Virus record (IMG/VR): IMGVR_UViG_3300037400_004417
Reading direction: 5' to 3' (one strand)
DNA: 47,775 nucleotides
Source of the DNA: a virus
Taxonomy: Duplodnaviria; Heunggongvirae; Uroviricota; Caudoviricetes
How positions within the stretch are numbered: the first letter of the stretch is position 1; each line of letters opens with the position of its first letter. Positions 45,513 through 47,775 of the stretch are shown piece by piece. The notes beneath the pieces were generated by a model that made no database searches, was not told where the DNA came from, and saw nothing but the letters and a program-made list of their open reading frames with translations. The position numbers and the translations under genes were made by a program.

Positions 45513-45800
45513 TTATGCAATTAGTGGAATCTCAGAACAAAGTATGTTGAAAAAGTAACCATTATCCAGTTCTTTAATATAAGAGATAGTGTCTTCCATA
45601 TCATCTTCTCTCTTCCACTTAATTGAATTAAAAATAGCAATCCATTTACCTGGATTATGCCTTATCTCCGTTCTAATCGTTGTTTTTGCCCATGTATTGA
45701 TTTTATTCATGTCCATTGACAGGAAGATTGCTTCTTCATCAATTAAATCGCAGTCAAAATCTAATCCATCGTTAAGACGAAAATTAACTAAATATGCCAT
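45513..45800 (-). CDS. hypothetical protein, tandem paralog of 45899-46195
   Basis: MAY+V.F.L...DEEAIFL..DM.KIN.WAK shared. Confidence 0.75.
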   Translation of the reverse strand: MAYLVNFRLNDGLDFDCDLIDEEAIFLSMDMNKINTWAKTTIRTEIRHNPGKWIAIFNSIKWKREDDMEDTISYIKELDNGYFFNILCSEIPLIA

Positions 45801-45898
45801 AATTTATTCTTCCTTTCTTTTTCTAGTATACATTGTTCTGCACTTTAAAAAATCTTCTACAATTTCGGTATCTAAAATCTTAAAATATATTTCGGAAG

Positions 45899-46195
45899 CT
45901 ATTTAATTAAAGCTATTTCATTTATCATCATAGAAAAAGAAATATGCCTTCCGACATCTTTTCTGTAAAATTCTCCTTTAACATATTTATCATCATCTTT
46001 TTCCCATTCTCCAGAATTATAAGCAGAGAGCCATTCCTTGTAATCGTTTCCCATTTCATTTTTAATTACTGATTTTGCCCATTTATTGATTTTATCCATA
46101 TCCTTTGTTAAGAAAATTGCTTCTTCGTCAATTGCTTCAAAATGATAGTCATCATTATCAATGCGTATAAGTTGAAAAACAACTATATATGCCAT
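45899..46195 (-). CDS. hypothetical protein, tandem paralog of 45513-45800
   Basis: See above. Confidence 0.75.
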   Translation of the reverse strand: MAYIVVFQLIRIDNDDYHFEAIDEEAIFLTKDMDKINKWAKSVIKNEMGNDYKEWLSAYNSGEWEKDDDKYVKGEFYRKDVGRHISFSMMINEIALIK

Positions 46196-46218
46196 AATAC
46201 TCCCTCTTCTTTCTACTG

Positions 46219-46923
46219 TTAAAATTCATAATAAATTTCCTTATTTTTAATTCTCTCCATAATCATGTTAAAAGCATTTTCATAATCTAGTGAAGAATAA
46301 ATTTTATTATTGTTTGCGGCAATCAAATCAAAATCATCATCGTTAATCTTATACAAAATTAATTCAGGAGTATTTTTGACGCCAGCTTTATAGAATATAA
46401 CCTTTCTTGTATCCTTATCCTTAATTGTGTTATGAAGCTGCAATAACTGCTTAAGATTTTCATAGTGATTAATAACCATAATATTTTCCTTTTCTTCCTT
46501 TATATCTTTAGCGACACTTTCTCCTTTAATTAAATTTTTATCAAGTTCGCTGTTAATCTTATTCTCTTTTTTTATATTTCTATAATATTCGTCAAGAAGA
46601 ATTGGTTCGAATTGAGGTAATATACAAGCAGATTTTTCATTATTTACCTGACATTCTAAACAGTATATATCATAATCCCACTTTGTGCTATACAATAACA
46701 TTGCGACAAGTTTATCTATAGACATTGTTGATGTTGCAATACAGGAACCATATCTCCAGTTTTCTACGTCAAATGCTTTATCTGTATTGTTCCAACGAAT
46801 CGTGATAATATATTCACGTCTTGTGAGAGTAACAAGTCTTTCTTGCTCCTTACAATGAATATCTAAAAAATGACTTATTTCTGAAATCACTTTTTCAATA
46901 ACTTTTTTTTCTTTAGTAGTCAT
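46219..46923 (-). CDS. hypothetical protein
   Basis: 234-aa ORF. Confidence 0.65.
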   Translation of the reverse strand: MTTKEKKVIEKVISEISHFLDIHCKEQERLVTLTRREYIITIRWNNTDKAFDVENWRYGSCIATSTMSIDKLVAMLLYSTKWDYDIYCLECQVNNEKSACILPQFEPILLDEYYRNIKKENKINSELDKNLIKGESVAKDIKEEKENIMVINHYENLKQLLQLHNTIKDKDTRKVIFYKAGVKNTPELILYKINDDDFDLIAANNNKIYSSLDYENAFNMIMERIKNKEIYYEF

Positions 46924-46927
46924 ATTT

Positions 46928-47773
46928 TTATTTTCCTTTCTTATCTGTTTCTGTTAGCGGCGGTATTATGGTATTTCTTATCATCCATTCTTCTCCGAAT
47001 GGTAATGTCTTTACGTGTTTCACGTATTCGTCATAAGCGGCTAAGAACACAAATAATTCTTTGTCAGGCACCATCTTTATAATTTTGCCCGCATGTTTAC
47101 CTACATCATAACAAAAATTAATGTCATTGTAATAATATTCGTTTTCGTTATTCTCGTCTTCTTCTGTTCTTAAATATTCAGAAAGTTTTTGTTGCGCCGC
47201 TTCATTAATTTTTTCGCCGTCATTATATGGATAATCATTATATACGCCATCAGCAACCCAAGATTTAAAAATTTCTTCTGAACGATATTCCCTAAAAGGG
47301 TTAACTGGAGCACTATCTAAAAACCAGTGTTTAAATAATTTTTGAAGAGGAGTATCATCTACAACATTGCTTATATGACCATAGGTAATTCCTAAAGGTT
47401 TCATTTCTTTTTCGATAGTTTTATCAATGACATTTCGAATTGTCTCAACTATATTATAATTTCTATATAAGGATAATAAGTATCTATCCTTTTCAGTAGC
47501 TTTAACTTTAATAGGATGATTTAATTTATCGTTTATTAATCTTAATCTTTCTATTATTTTATAGATAGGATACTTAGTTACCTTTGGTATCTTAGAATAT
47601 CCTTTGCAATCACTCCATTTTGCGCCTTGATAATACGCTAAAGTCCATTTCGCTAAATTTTCTAAAAAAGAAGGAATAACTAATGGATTCTTTTTTCTTT
47701 TTGTAGTAGTGACAGATCTTTTTGCGGCGGTTTGAACCTTTTTATCTAATTCCTCTCTGGCTTTTATCTCTGC
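46928..47773 (-). CDS. hypothetical protein, 5'-truncated by window edge
   Basis: Frame of 46928-47404 stays open to the window end (AEIKAREELDKKVQ...EKEMKPLG). Confidence 0.65.
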   Translation of the reverse strand, partial: AEIKAREELDKKVQTAAKRSVTTTKRKKNPLVIPSFLENLAKWTLAYYQGAKWSDCKGYSKIPKVTKYPIYKIIERLRLINDKLNHPIKVKATEKDRYLLSLYRNYNIVETIRNVIDKTIEKEMKPLGITYGHISNVVDDTPLQKLFKHWFLDSAPVNPFREYRSEEIFKSWVADGVYNDYPYNDGEKINEAAQQKLSEYLRTEEDENNENEYYYNDINFCYDVGKHAGKIIKMVPDKELFVFLAAYDEYVKHVKTLPFGEEWMIRNTIIPPLTETDKKGK

Positions 47774-47775
47774 TT

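Noticed and set aside
1049-45906. Plus-strand ORFs antisense to minus-strand genes (for example 1049, 1401, 6309, 29796, 39848, 41118, 45589)
   Set aside because: No SD, overlap better-supported genes, typical antisense shadows
1-47775. Alternative genetic code (TAG/TGA recoding)
   Set aside because: Recognisable genes are full length under code 11; only one in-frame TAA split was found; no clean suppressor tRNA

Overview
AT-rich 47.8 kb segment that looks like the early/accessory region of a large tailed phage of a Bacillota-type host (strong GGAGG ribosome-binding sites, TTGACA-17-TATAAT promoters, about 90 short ORFs nearly all on the minus strand, no structural or core replication genes). 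Recognisable products: metallophosphoesterase, DUF488, ProQ/FinO-domain protein, acyl carrier protein, NucS-like nuclease, 3D-domain protein, two BRO-N antirepressors, YqeY, a large helical/TerD-like protein, DUF6273, M14 desuccinylase-like enzyme, radical SAM, AAA+ ATPase. A minus-strand tRNA cluster (10.9-17.1 kb) holds about 9 plausible tRNAs plus about 8 tRNA-like sequences with damaged or unusual anticodon arms, interspersed with structured ncRNA candidates and three counter-oriented small membrane ORFs resembling type I toxins. Four IS200/IS605-family elements are present: two tnpB elements, a 262-bp miniature of one that keeps its omegaRNA, and a 277-bp IscB-derived miniature. The most striking unexplained signal is at 24139-24543: a promoter-driven array of five hairpins with different sequences but one shared fold (outer stem, AWA/C internal loop, 6-bp inner stem, loop starting UCCUUU), directly downstream of the TerD-like gene; each 5' arm is the exact reverse complement of AAAGGA-N7-ATG/TTG. 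All calls are by eye without databases; folds are hand-derived.
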